Origin: Octopus bimaculoides | Taxonomy: Eukaryota | Length of the DNA: 64,000 bases | Assembly: GCF_001194135.2 (NCBI RefSeq) | Contig: NC_068984.1 | Location: 10,860,439-10,924,438, forward strand | Reading direction: 5' to 3' | Part shown: in pieces, positions 53,495 to 64,000 of the stretch | How positions within the stretch are numbered: the stretch's first letter is position 1 | Layout: each line of letters begins with the position of its first letter | Program-made: the position numbers and the translations under genes | Notes under the pieces: model-generated | Database searches by the model: none | What the model was told of the DNA's origin: nothing | Seen by the model: only the letters and a program-made list of their open reading frames with translations

Positions 53495-53690
53495 CCCATT
53501 AGTGCCCCAGGGTTTTTATACAACTTTATCTGATACTAAATATATAAAAAAAAATTTATCACAATATTTGAAAGACACTCTAGTCTTGATGACTAACTAA
53601 AGATATCTCAGAAAAATACAGGTGTTGCAGAAATATGATGGATTATCCTTCCGGTCCTAAAAAAAAAAAAGGACCATGAGCGCTAATGGG
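53495..53690. mobile_element. Probable piggyBac-type MITE, family 2
   Basis: ttga|CCCATTAGTGCCC...GAGCGCTAATGGG|ttca, an imperfect TIR with degenerate TTAA flanks. Single copy in this window. Confidence 0.45.
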
Positions 53691-54366
53691 TTCATGTATA
53701 AGCCAACCAACCTTTTCTTTGCAGTAAATTTTCATCTGAAAAATTCAAGTTGTTAAGCTGCAAAATACAGAATATATGAACAGAACTGCGAAGAGTTTCT
53801 TATATTTGATGCAAATACAACATTATAATAGAACTGGATTATGTATAGACTAATTGAACTTTGGCCAACTGGTTGATTGTGACTCTCAAGAAAAACATGA
53901 AAGACACCTAAAGAAAATATTAGCGTTGCATTCAAAATAACAACCAATATCATTATAATCACATTCATTGAAATATCAATAAGGAAAGGTGTTTCAAGTC
54001 TTTTGTATTTATTGCATTGTACAGTAAAATGGGAACAAGGAAGTGCTTATAATGTATAGTAAATTAATAACAGTTGTTCAAGTTATGTATGAGGTTGATA
54101 ATTACTGAAGGAAAACATCGAAGCCTTTATAGAGTTTTACATACATAAGATGAATAGATTGTATATATTGAGTGTAAAAATGCTGTTTATCTTGTTCCTC
54201 TTTGCACCAGAATCCAACCTTTATTCAATTCAGTTCAGATTTCTTTTTTTGTATTTTTTTTTTTATTTGTTTGTTGGTTGTTGTTGTTTTTTTGTCATTA
54301 TATGGCTATGGAAGTAAAATTGCCTCTCAATATGAAGGAACAAAAGGCAATAACAGCAAAAATAAC

Positions 54367-54402
<36 letters not shown>

Positions 54403-54760
54403 CACTTAATAAACCCAGTTAACAAATTATATCTATTTTACACATACATATATAAAGATATAAATGATGGAGAAATGCTATGCAGATTACTTGAATCTAT
54501 ATATCATGACATGTNNNNNNNNNNNNNNNNNNNNNNNNNNNNNNNNNNNNNNNNNNNNNNNNNNNNNNNNNNNNNNNNNNNNNNNNNNNNNNNNNNNNNN
54601 NNNNNNNNNNNNNNNNNNNNNNNNNNNNNNNNNNNNNNNNNNNNNNNNNNNNNNNNNNNNNNNNNNNNNNNNNNNNNNNNNNNNNNNNNNNNNNNNNNNN
54701 NNNNNNNNNNNNNNNNNNNNNNNNNNNNNNNNNNNNNNNNNNNNNNNNNNNNNNNNNNNN

Positions 54761-54816
<56 letters not shown>

Positions 54817-55857
54817 TATACAAAATGATGAACAGGTAGAATCACAGTAATAAATATAAACATATCTGGATATGGTACATATAAAATATACCCATTCATC
54901 AATATTAGTAACAGTATTCAATTGTGTGGCAGCCTTGGCATCACACACACACATAAGTACACATACATAAGTACACACACATTTGTATGTATGTATGTAT
55001 GTATGAATATACACACACATATGTAATACTGTACCTTTTCAATGTGTTTTAAGTATATAAAGATGGGAACTAGAATTTGGATTTTTTTTTTAAATATGTA
55101 TAAGCTTTGATATTTAAATTCTAAAGTGGTGGTCGGGAAGTATTTTAATGGTGATGCTTTCATCTGCAATTTAAACAAGTCTGCAGAAACCTTTTGAAAG
55201 GTTCAGCTAGGTAAAAGATGGTAGATATACAGGAGGCAACAAATTGTGGGGTCTGGAAAGTGAAACCATCAGCATTGTAAATAAACACCAATAAATGGGT
55301 TGTAGATAGTATCTTGACAAAAACTGATTTCTCTGAAAGCAGGCCCTTTCAGAATCTGACTCTGTAACCCAGAATTTAACCCCCTGCTCCTGTGACTTTC
55401 TACACAGAAGCCCTAAATCAGTAGCTTGTGTTGATTGCTTTAGTTTCAACGTTATAAGAAAAATATATATAATATAAAAAAGCCAGATGTTGTGTTCTGT
55501 TGATATGTAAGAATCTTATGATCTTGTTGGTCTACAATATAGGATTCTGTCACTGGCACTCACAGGAAATTTGTTTATATTTATCTTGAGATTTAGATTC
55601 TTTTTATCTATTTTATTTATTTAATGCTGCTGTTGCTGCTGCTGTCGCTGTTGTTGTACTTTTTCTGCTGTTTTTCAACATTAACATGAATACATTTCTT
55701 GAATGTTGTTCTGAAAGCAAACACCCCTATCTTCTTACATAGAAAAGGCTGCAATCACCCCTTCACTTAACCTCACACTAATTATCTTTACCCTTTTCCA
55801 CAAATTCTCCCCTACCAACCCTGCCTTTATTCTATTCTTTAGAAAATCTTTCTCAAT

Positions 55858-55894
<37 letters not shown>

Positions 55895-56356
55895 CTTTTA
55901 TACCTGTTTTCATTTTCTGAAACATTTCTTCCAAATTTTCATTCATTTCAATCCCCTTTTCAAACCTTTCAAAAATCTTTTCTCTCTAATACATTTGTTA
56001 TCAAATTCAATTAATCAATTATTTTTTTCCTTTTTTATTTTTACGTTCTGCTTTGGTTATATTTTTGTTTTGACATCATACCAATATCTTTTGGGAGAGT
56101 TTGAAAACACAAATGTTTCAAGATGCTCTTTAAATCTAAATAACATAACATTTCCAAAATTATTTTCTGGCTTCCTTATCCTGCTATTTTCCATATTAAA
56201 ATTACATATTTTCTAAAATATTTTATTTGCCAAAAGGAGATTAAAGAGACAAATAATAAATACATCAATGCTGATGTATAAAAATATATAAGCAGTGTGT
56301 ACATGTATATATGTATGATTATACTCAATTGTGTGTGTGTGTGTGCATGTGTATGT

Positions 56357-56741
56357 AGGCATGGCTGTGTGGTAAAAAGCTTGCTGCCCAACAACATGAT
56401 TCTGGGTTCAGTCCCACTGTACAGCACCTAGGGCAAAGGTCTTCTACTATGGCTTCGGGCCGACCAAAGCCTTGTGAGTGGATGTGGTAGACGGAAACTG
56501 AAAGAATCCCGTTGCGTATATATATGTGTGTGTGTGTGTGTTTGTGTGTCTGTGTTTGTCCCCCAACATCGCTTGACAACCGTTGTTGGTGTGTTTACAT
56601 CCCCATCACTTAGCGGTTCGGCAAAAGAGACTGATAGAATAAGTACTAGGCTTACAAAGAATAAGTCCTGGGGTCAATTTCTTCGACTAAAAGCAGTGCT
56701 CCAGCATGGCCACAAATGACTGAAACAAGTAAAAGAGTAAA
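56357..56741 (+). mobile_element. SINE family A
   Basis: Full-length head, microsatellite and tail. Confidence 0.85.
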
Positions 56742-58107
56742 GGAAAATTAAATTTTCAGTAATTGTTAAGACAAGATATTGTTAATTACCGGATTAAGGA
56801 GTTTATTGAAACCAGTGATTTGGAAGACATAGTTTCAGTTCAGTGGTAAAACACTTATCCCTTTGTAGACAGGGCATAAGCAGTGTATTACTACTTTATA
56901 CAACCCAAGAACATCAATCTTTTCCTTAGCTCTGTGTTATCCTCATCATTATCAACATCCTTTAACATACTTTTTTTTTTCCTGTGCTTTAAACATTTCT
57001 TCTAAAATATAGATATCAGNNNNNNNNNNNNNNNNNNNNNNNNNNNNNNNNNNNNNNNNNNNNNNNNNNNNNNNNNNNNNNGTATCATTTATTTGGTAGA
57101 TCCAACATTATCTGCAATTTTGATTTGGCTACTTTATTCTCAGCCTTAGTTAAATCTAACTTGACAGAAGGCTCCTTCTACCATCAACTTATGATATGTG
57201 TTTCTTCAGCTTACGTCACATATTTCCATACCAACAGACTTGTTATTCTTGAAAATATTGGAAATTCTTTTGATGTCCAGTAATTTCCCCATCTCACCTG
57301 CACTCAATCTTTATTATAGATTTACTGTTAACATAAGCACAGGGCAGTCAGTCTATCCAGCATATGTTTTCACCAGCAGCAATTTTCCAAAGTTCTTCAA
57401 TGTTTGTGTATATAAATGCATATGCATGCACAGGTACAACTCTGATTTTCCAGAAACTCTTTTAATCCAGGTTAATTACAAGGTGGAGGACTTGAAATTC
57501 TTGTTGTTGCAAGTCTACTTCACTGTATAACCACAGTGGCATTGTGTGTACTGTGTATATATATATATGTATTATTTCAACTGCATTTGTTAGTGGCAGA
57601 ACCAAAATTTCAAGATATCCTCTGCTTATTTAGCTTAAAGCTACCCTTAGCTATGGCTACCCAGGTAAGAAAACTGAGAGCATCAGTGGTAGTGTCAAAT
57701 ATAGACATCAATCCATATTGATTTAAGATAAAGTTGGTAGACCTGTTGAAAAAGATAGACCATGCTATTTCAAAAGGTAAACTGTGTGATATCTGTGACT
57801 CTGGTTATGATATAAAGAAACAAAGGGACAAAAATCATCAGCATTTCTAGACTTTCACAGTCACATCTTCAGGATGTAAGAAAAATGTTGAAATGAGAAC
57901 ATAGTCATGTGTTCAATACATGTGCATGTGTGTGTATATAAGAGTTTCTGAACTTCCAAGAGAATGTGAAATATTCTTTTCTTTGGAATAATGAAACTCA
58001 AAGTAGATGATAAATCTAGAAATGATAGCATGTAAATATTGGCTTGAATTGCCCAAAATTAGAGTTCTGACTGCTTGTTATAAACAAGTTTTCCATTAGA
58101 TGCGTGC

Positions 58108-58740
58108 CATCATCATCATCATCATTGTTTAACATCCACTTTCCATGCTAGCATGGGTTGGATGATTTGATTGAAGACTGGCGAACCAGATGGCTGCACC
58201 AGGCTTCAATCTGATCTGTCAGAGTTTCTACAGCTGGATGCCCTTCCTAACACCAACCACTCCGAGAGTGTAGTGGGTGCTTTTATGTGCCACCAGCATG
58301 AGGGCCAGTCAGGCGGTACTGACAATGGCCACGCTCAAATGGTGTTTGTTACGTGCCACCTGCACAGGAGCCAGCCAGTCCAGTGGCAGTGGCAATGACC
58401 TTGCTCGAATGTTTTTTCACGTGCCACCAGCACAAGTGCCAGTAAGGCGACGCTGATAACGATCATGCTCAAATAGTGCTATTTATGTGCCACCGGCACG
58501 GAAGCCAGACAGCTGCTCTGGCAATGATCACGCTTTAACGGTGCTGTTAGCGCTCCACTGGCACGGGTGCCAGTCATCGAATTTGGTTCAATTACGATTT
58601 CGCTTTCACTTGCCTCAACAGGTCTTCGCAAGTAGAATTTAGAGTCCAATGAAGGAAAGGTTGGCATGGGAGTCGTCGAATTTGATTCGATTTCGATTTT
58701 ACTTGCCTCAACAGGTTTTCACAAGCAGAGTTTAGTGTCC
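58108..58740 (-). mobile_element. RTE 3' UTR copy with tandem units
   Basis: Reverse-complement tail, several gtgccaccagcac units and a duplicated gcctcaacagg segment. Further partial copies lie at about 1620-1830, 3425-3600, 7880-8050, 14730-14835, 17040-17370, 17860-18060 and 34220-34460. Confidence 0.75.
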
Positions 58741-58826
58741 AATGAAGTAAAGTAAATACATATATACATACATGTGTATCTGTTTCTATGTGTTGGTGTG
58801 TTTATGTGTGCTTACGAGTTGCTTAA

Positions 58827-59038
58827 CCCATTTGCATTCAAACCACCCACATCCAGCCAAAATATTCTACCATTCTTTATGTTCAAACTGGCTAGATCTG
58901 GCCTCTCATACTTACCTTACAACTAAAAAACCAACTGCACCATTGAAATCTCAAATCTACAAGATAATGCCTGACTAATTCAAATGAATTTCAATAAATA
59001 AGTATAACATTTTACAGAGTAATCTGAATCCTAAAGTG
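58827..59038. mobile_element. piggyBac-type MITE, family 1
   Basis: TTAA at 58823-58826 and 59039-59042, with degenerate CCC/GGG-type TIRs and the same internal sequence. Confidence 0.65.
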
Positions 59039-59532
59039 TTAATGTTTAAAAAGTTAGTAGAAAAATTTTTGAATGTAAACTTCACAAATGAAATGATGCA
59101 GAAAAATGATAAGTGAAGGCATCTAGTTGTACAATTTCTGCAGGCCATTTCTAGCAGGGCAACGCATGCATTAAACTATTATTGATAATAATAGTGTTAC
59201 TGATGATGATGATAATGATGAGGATGAATTAAGGACCACCTATGTACCAGAAGAGAGGATTCTAACAGAGTGAGAGATAGAGTGATAAGGAGAGAAAGTA
59301 TTATCTTTAAAAATATGTAAAATGTTTCTTGTATTGTGAGTTGACCCATGAATTATGTAATTAGGTCTTTAGAAAATTTTGTCAGACAAAATATCTTTAA
59401 AATAATATTATGTTACGACATTTTATTTTTAAGTTGTTTGTGAATTTATGAGTATTTCGGTGGAAAGTAACTTTTTAACATGTCTTTCACATACAAACAA
59501 ACTCTAATGGTTTTATATACATGAATACACTA

Positions 59533-59571
<39 letters not shown>

Positions 59572-59836
59572 TATGTGCACATGCATTCATCTATCTATCT
59601 ATCTGTCTGTCTGTCTGTCTGTCTATCTGGTGAATTGTTGGAACAAACAAGAAAAACAGACTTCAGTATGTAAAAATATATTTTTTTAATAAGCTGCAAA
59701 GTTACATAAGTGACTCAAGGACAGACAGTTTAGTGCATTGTACTTATCAACATGTGTGTGTGGTGTGCGTGTATGCACATACACACATGTGCACACATGC
59801 ATTGACAAACACACATATATACACATCACACTCAGA

Positions 59837-59919
<83 letters not shown>

Positions 59920-59921
<2 letters not shown>

Positions 59922-60325
59922 TCTTTTACTTGCTTCAGTCATTTGACTGCGGTCATGCTGGAGCACCACCTTTAGTCGAGCAAATCTATCCCAGGACTTT
60001 TTCTTTGTAAGCCTAGTACTTATTCTATCAGACTCTTTTGACGAACAACTAAGTTACGAGGATGTAAACACACCACCATCGATTGTCAAGCGATGTTGGC
60101 GGGACAAACATAGACACACAAACATATACACATACACACACACGCACACATATATATGTGTATATATACGACTGGCTTCTTTCAGTTTCTGTCTACCAAA
60201 TCCACTCACAAGGCTTTGATCAGCCCGAAGCTATAGTAGAAGGCACTTACCCAAGGTTTCACACAGTGAAACTAAACTTGGGACCATGTGGTTGGTAAGC
60301 AACCTACTTACCACACAGCCACTCC
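59920..60325 (-). mobile_element. SINE family A
   Basis: Full-length reverse complement. Head-only copies also lie at about 796-965, 3235-3400, 12800-12950, 18540-18700, 22445-22600, 36425-36600, 40105-40220, 46000-46180, 46200-46400 and 50125-50250. Confidence 0.85.
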
Positions 60326-60539
60326 AAATCAAATGTGTTTTTGCACATATTCATGTGTACAGTAGAGTATGCACAAAAATGCATTTAGTCAAAATGCTGT
60401 TGACTAAAAGTGCATATGCCTACTCATGCAAATATAATATTCATATAACACTTTCATACAAACACATTGGTTCAGTAGTGATACGAGTGATGAGTCTAAT
60501 GTGGGTCTTGAATTTTTTTTTTTTTGTGCCCTTTTTAAA

Positions 60540-60768
60540 ACCTAGCCAGGCTCATGGGCCCGGTTTCCCTGTTTCAATGGCATATGTGTTCCCTAGCTGG
60601 ACAGGACGCCAGTCCATCACAGCATTACTCATTTTTTGCCAGCTGAGTGGACTGGAGCAACGTGAAATGAAATGTGTTGCTCAAGAACACAACACATCAC
60701 CTGGTCCAGGAATCGAAACCACAATCTTACAATCATGGTGCTGACACCCTAACCACTAAGCCACGTGC
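60540..60768 (-). mobile_element. SINE family C (short form) abutting the hammerhead fold-back
   Basis: Minus-strand head gcacgtggcttagtggttagggtgtcagcacc. Related copies lie at about 16166-16400, 27628-27870, 8100-8310 and 3750-3850. Confidence 0.75.
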
Positions 60769-60848
60769 TATATATTAGACAAAATAAGATAACAAAGCCA
60801 AGGCTGTGAAGTGTTTTCAGAAAATTTATAAAGAAAAAGATGTAGATG

Positions 60849-60900
60849 TAGTCTTATGGCTGTTTCTGGGATATTTGAATATCCCTTCATCAGAGACCTC
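60849..60900 (-). ncRNA. Minimal type I hammerhead ribozyme motif (stem III mutated)
   Basis: Minus strand reads GAGGUCU CUGAUGA A GGGAUAU-UCAA-AUAUCCC A GAAA CAGCCAUA AGACUA. Both core boxes are intact, stem II is a perfect 7 bp, and stem I is GGUCU/AGACU. Stem III ACAGCCAU differs at two positions from the palindromic ACAGCUGU of the sister arm. Confidence 0.7.
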
Positions 60901-60914
60901 TATTTAACCATCTC

Positions 60915-60967
60915 ACATCATCTGATGAAGGGATATCCATAATGTCCCAGAAACAGCTGTAAGACTA
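60915..60967 (+). ncRNA. Minimal type I hammerhead ribozyme motif (stem I partner missing)
   Basis: CUGAUGA (60922-60928), A, stem II GGGAUA-UCCAUAA-UGUCCC, A, GAAA, then palindromic stem III ACAGCUGU and a GUA cleavage triplet (60959-60961) followed by AGACUA. The upstream CACAUCAU cannot pair with AGACUA. Confidence 0.65.
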
Positions 60968-61080
60968 TATCTATATCTTTTTCCTTATAAATGTCTTGAA
61001 AACATTTCACAACCTTGGCTTTGTTATCTCATTTTGTCTAATATATATATATATAAGCATGCTTAATACAAGACCCTCAT

Positions 61081-61114
<34 letters not shown>

Positions 61115-61699
61115 AATATATATATATACACACACACACATACATATTACTCTCACACACACACACACATTTTTGTGTACACACATAAGCACATGTTCAA
61201 CCACTCTTCAACTTAGGGATACACACACACACAAAAAAAAAAACAACAACACTCACCCAACTCCATCGAATATGCTAATACAGTAGTCATTCTCACTCAA
61301 AGAGGATCACATCCACCCCTTATCCACCCTAATCTGTGATGCTCTTGGATGCAGCACCCCATGGCAATGTTTACATGGCCTCTTTTCTCCAAGTTGTGTA
61401 TTTAATGACTTTGTCCCATTTACACACTTCTGTCTTCAAAGTCTGCTGCTGCTGCTGCTTCTTGTCCCCTAACCCCTTTCCCCCTTCCCCATCTTCATTT
61501 GCTTTTGGTATGAAATCTCATCTGATTTGTTACCATTTCCATATCTCTTTCCCTTCCACCCCTTAAACTGACCTTTTAATGCCTCAGTGATAACAGAAGT
61601 TGGCAAAGTCTGCAAGACAGAAGTTCAGGGGAATATTTGCTTGTATGATATATATATTGACTGACCTGTCATTAGCTATCTCCCATCACCATCATTACC

Positions 61700-61802
61700 A
61701 CAACCACTATTATCATCATCATCGTCATCTCACCACCACCATCATCATCATCTGTCCATTTTTCTTTATGAGGTCTTCTTCTTGTTCTTCTTCTTTTTTC
61801 TT

Positions 61803-61833
<31 letters not shown>

Positions 61834-62260
61834 TCATCATCATCATCATCATCGCCATCTCACCACGACCATCATCATCATCTGTCCATTTTTCTTTGAG
61901 GTCTTCTTCTTGTTCTTCTTTTTTTCTTGTTCTTCTTCTTCTTCTTCTTATTATTATTATTATTATTATTATTATCATCATCATCATCATCATCATCATC
62001 ATCTCACCACCACCATCATCATCATCTGTCCATTTTTCTTTATGAGGTCTTCTTGTTCTTTTTTTTCTTCTTCTTCTTCTTCTTATTANNNNNNNNNNTT
62101 TTCTTCTTCTTCTTCTTATTATTATTATTATTATTATCATCATCATCATCATCGTCATCTCACCACCACCATCATCATCATCTGTCCATTTTTCTTTATG
62201 AGGTCTTCTTCTTGTTCTTCTTCTTGTTCTTGTTCTTCTTCTTCTTCTTCTTCTTCAAGA
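61700..62260. repeat. Compound minisatellite of four units of about 130-156 bp built from (CAT)n/(CAC)n, a fixed spacer, (TTC)n and (TTA)n
   Basis: catctcaccac...catctgtccatttttcttt(at)gaggtcttctt starts at 61726, 61856, 62000 and 62156. Confidence 0.9.
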
Positions 62261-62489
62261 CACATTCAGCATCCTGTGTTGCTTGACGTCTGTTTTCTGC
62301 ATCTGTAAAAAACGAAATGCAGTTCACACAACTGATTGATGGCAGTTACAGTGTTCTTGCAAATGACATCACTAGTGTGATGCAAGTTAATCCTGTATAT
62401 AGATTTAGGGGCTTTCATTGTTTAATATATGTGTATGTGTGTATTTGATGCAAAAATAAAAATTAAAAAAACAAGGACAAAATAAAAAA

Positions 62490-62575
62490 AACAGATGATG
62501 TATTAGGCTGACACTCAGGAAAATTGGAATATGTCTCTAACGTTTTGAGCTAATGCTCTTCTTTGGAAAGGGCAG
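62490..62575 (-). mobile_element. Decayed second copy of the 42.5-kb Penelope-like hammerhead family
   Basis: Minus strand reads GCCCUUU CCAAAGA A GAGC-AUUA-GCUC AAAACGU U AGAGAC, followed by ttttcctgagtgtcagcctaataca. Confidence 0.5.
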
Positions 62576-62771
62576 AAGAGGAGAGAAAGATATGAAACTT
62601 TTGATATAACTGTTGTATCAGTTTTTCCGAGCTTTTATGTGCACATACCCTTCTTGATACTAACCTTTTTAGTTGCCTGTAGCAACCTACAAACATACAG
62701 TATATGTCTTCCAAAAACTGGAATACACACAGTATATATGCATACATACATGTATAGAATATATATATATA

Positions 62772-63368
62772 CGACGGTGAGTCAAAAAGTAATGCCATTT
62801 TGTTTAGGACAGGTATAATTACCAACACAGGAACATGTATCATACATCAAAATGAAGCTGGTCCTCTGTGAACCACATCCCTACTTGTCAACATAGTCAC
62901 CGTTTCTCTCAATAGCAATGTTCCACCTTCAAATGAGGGCATGTATCCCTGTCCCATAAAATTCTATTGACTGTTCTTTGAGTCATTTCTTCACTACAGT
63001 TTTCACTTCCTCATCACTGGAATAATGTTTGCCTCTCAAACTCTCTTTCATGGGGCCGAAGAGATGATAGTCCAGTGACAAGGAAGTGAAAACTGTAGTG
63101 AAGAAGTGACTCAAAAAACAGTCAACAGTATTTCACGGGGCAGGGATACATGCTCTCATTCGAAGGTGGAACATTGCTATTGAGAGAAAGGTGACTATGT
63201 TGAGAAGTAGGGATGTGATCCAAAGAGGACCAGCTTCATTTTGATGNNNNNNNNNNTAGGGATGTGATCCAAAGAGGACCAGCTTCATTTTGATGTATGA
63301 TACATGTTCCTGTGTTGGTAATTATACCTGTCCTAAACAAAATGGCATTACTTTTTGATTCACCCTCG
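62772..63368. mobile_element. Palindromic mariner derivative made of two transposase 3' ends in inverted orientation
   Basis: TA flanks and mariner-type TIRs CGACGGTGAGTCAAAAAGTAATG / CATTACTTTTTGATTCACCCTCG. Arms are about 250 bp (62772-63021 and 63071-63368) with a 49-nt spacer. Minus strand 63070-62881 translates DYHLFGPMKESLRGKHYSSDEEVKTVVKK*LKEQSIEFYGTGIHALI*RWNIAIERNGDYVDK*, the mariner transposase C-terminus. Confidence 0.9.
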
Positions 63369-64000
63369 TATATATATTTTCGTATAGAATTAAGGATAAA
63401 ATCACTTTAATGATTTCATCAAGTGGCCATCATGAAATAAAAACCTTATAGATAACATTTTATATTAATTTATAATTATATGTATAATTATATTAAAGGG
63501 TGCTGATTAACCACACCAACATGCTAGAAATAGAATCTAAATGACTCCAAAACCACCTCAATACTCTATTAGCACGGGTTATAAGTGGACAGATGGAAAG
63601 CTTAAGATTTTCTGATTAATTGTAAATTAATTTCACGCTTAGCATTATAAAACACCCTAATGGAGTATTGAAGTGGTTTTAGTGCCATTTGGTATCTATT
63701 TCTAGTGTATCCTTTAGTTTGTTTTCGCCATCATACTGGAACACTGCCTTCAGATATATAATGAATTTCAGTAGAAAAACAAACAAAATTCTATTTTAAT
63801 GACAAAACTTATTTAACTTTCTCTCATTGAGTTCATCCTTAAATAAACAATAGGGTTTAAAAATTACTTTTTTCTTTGTTTTCTTTCATTTTTAAAATTT
63901 TGTTTCTTTAGCTTAAAGAACATATTAGAATTCTCTGTTTTGGAAAAAAACACCTGCAAGAACATAAATGATTTGTATTTTGGTACATTGCTAAATAGAT

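Larger units (their letters stand above)
60771..61045. mobile_element. 275-bp fold-back element made of two inverted Penelope-like terminal-repeat copies, each with a hammerhead motif
   Basis: Arms 60771-60894 and 60921-61045 are reverse complements with about 14-15 differences by eye, nearly all transitions. The spacer is 26 nt and the ends are TA-rich. Each arm contains CTGATGA-stem-GAAAC. Confidence 0.8.

Overview
This is eukaryotic, AT-rich, microsatellite-saturated genomic DNA with 9 N-gaps. The repeat families look like those of an Octopus (coleoid cephalopod) draft assembly; that is an inference and was not database-checked. Only one host coding exon is supportable: a 295-nt internal exon (5897-6191, +) of a MAGI-family gene, covering the end of the guanylate-kinase-like domain and the first half of WW1. 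Everything else appears intronic, including more than 57 kb downstream with no recognisable continuation exon. Nearly all ORFs in the supplied track are microsatellite, gap or repeat artefacts. The intron holds three tRNA-derived SINE families, many 5'-truncated RTE LINE copies, a decayed non-RTE LINE RT fragment and piggyBac-type MITEs. It also holds three fold-back elements: a Mutator-like MITE with a 9-bp TSD and internal telomeric repeats, a palindrome made of two mariner 3' ends, and a 275-bp palindrome whose two arms each carry a minimal Penelope-type hammerhead ribozyme motif. A second hammerhead-like family occurs at 42.6 and 62.5 kb. The hammerhead fold-back is the most interesting signal. 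Interspersed-repeat boundaries were read by eye and are approximate (about +/-10-20 nt).
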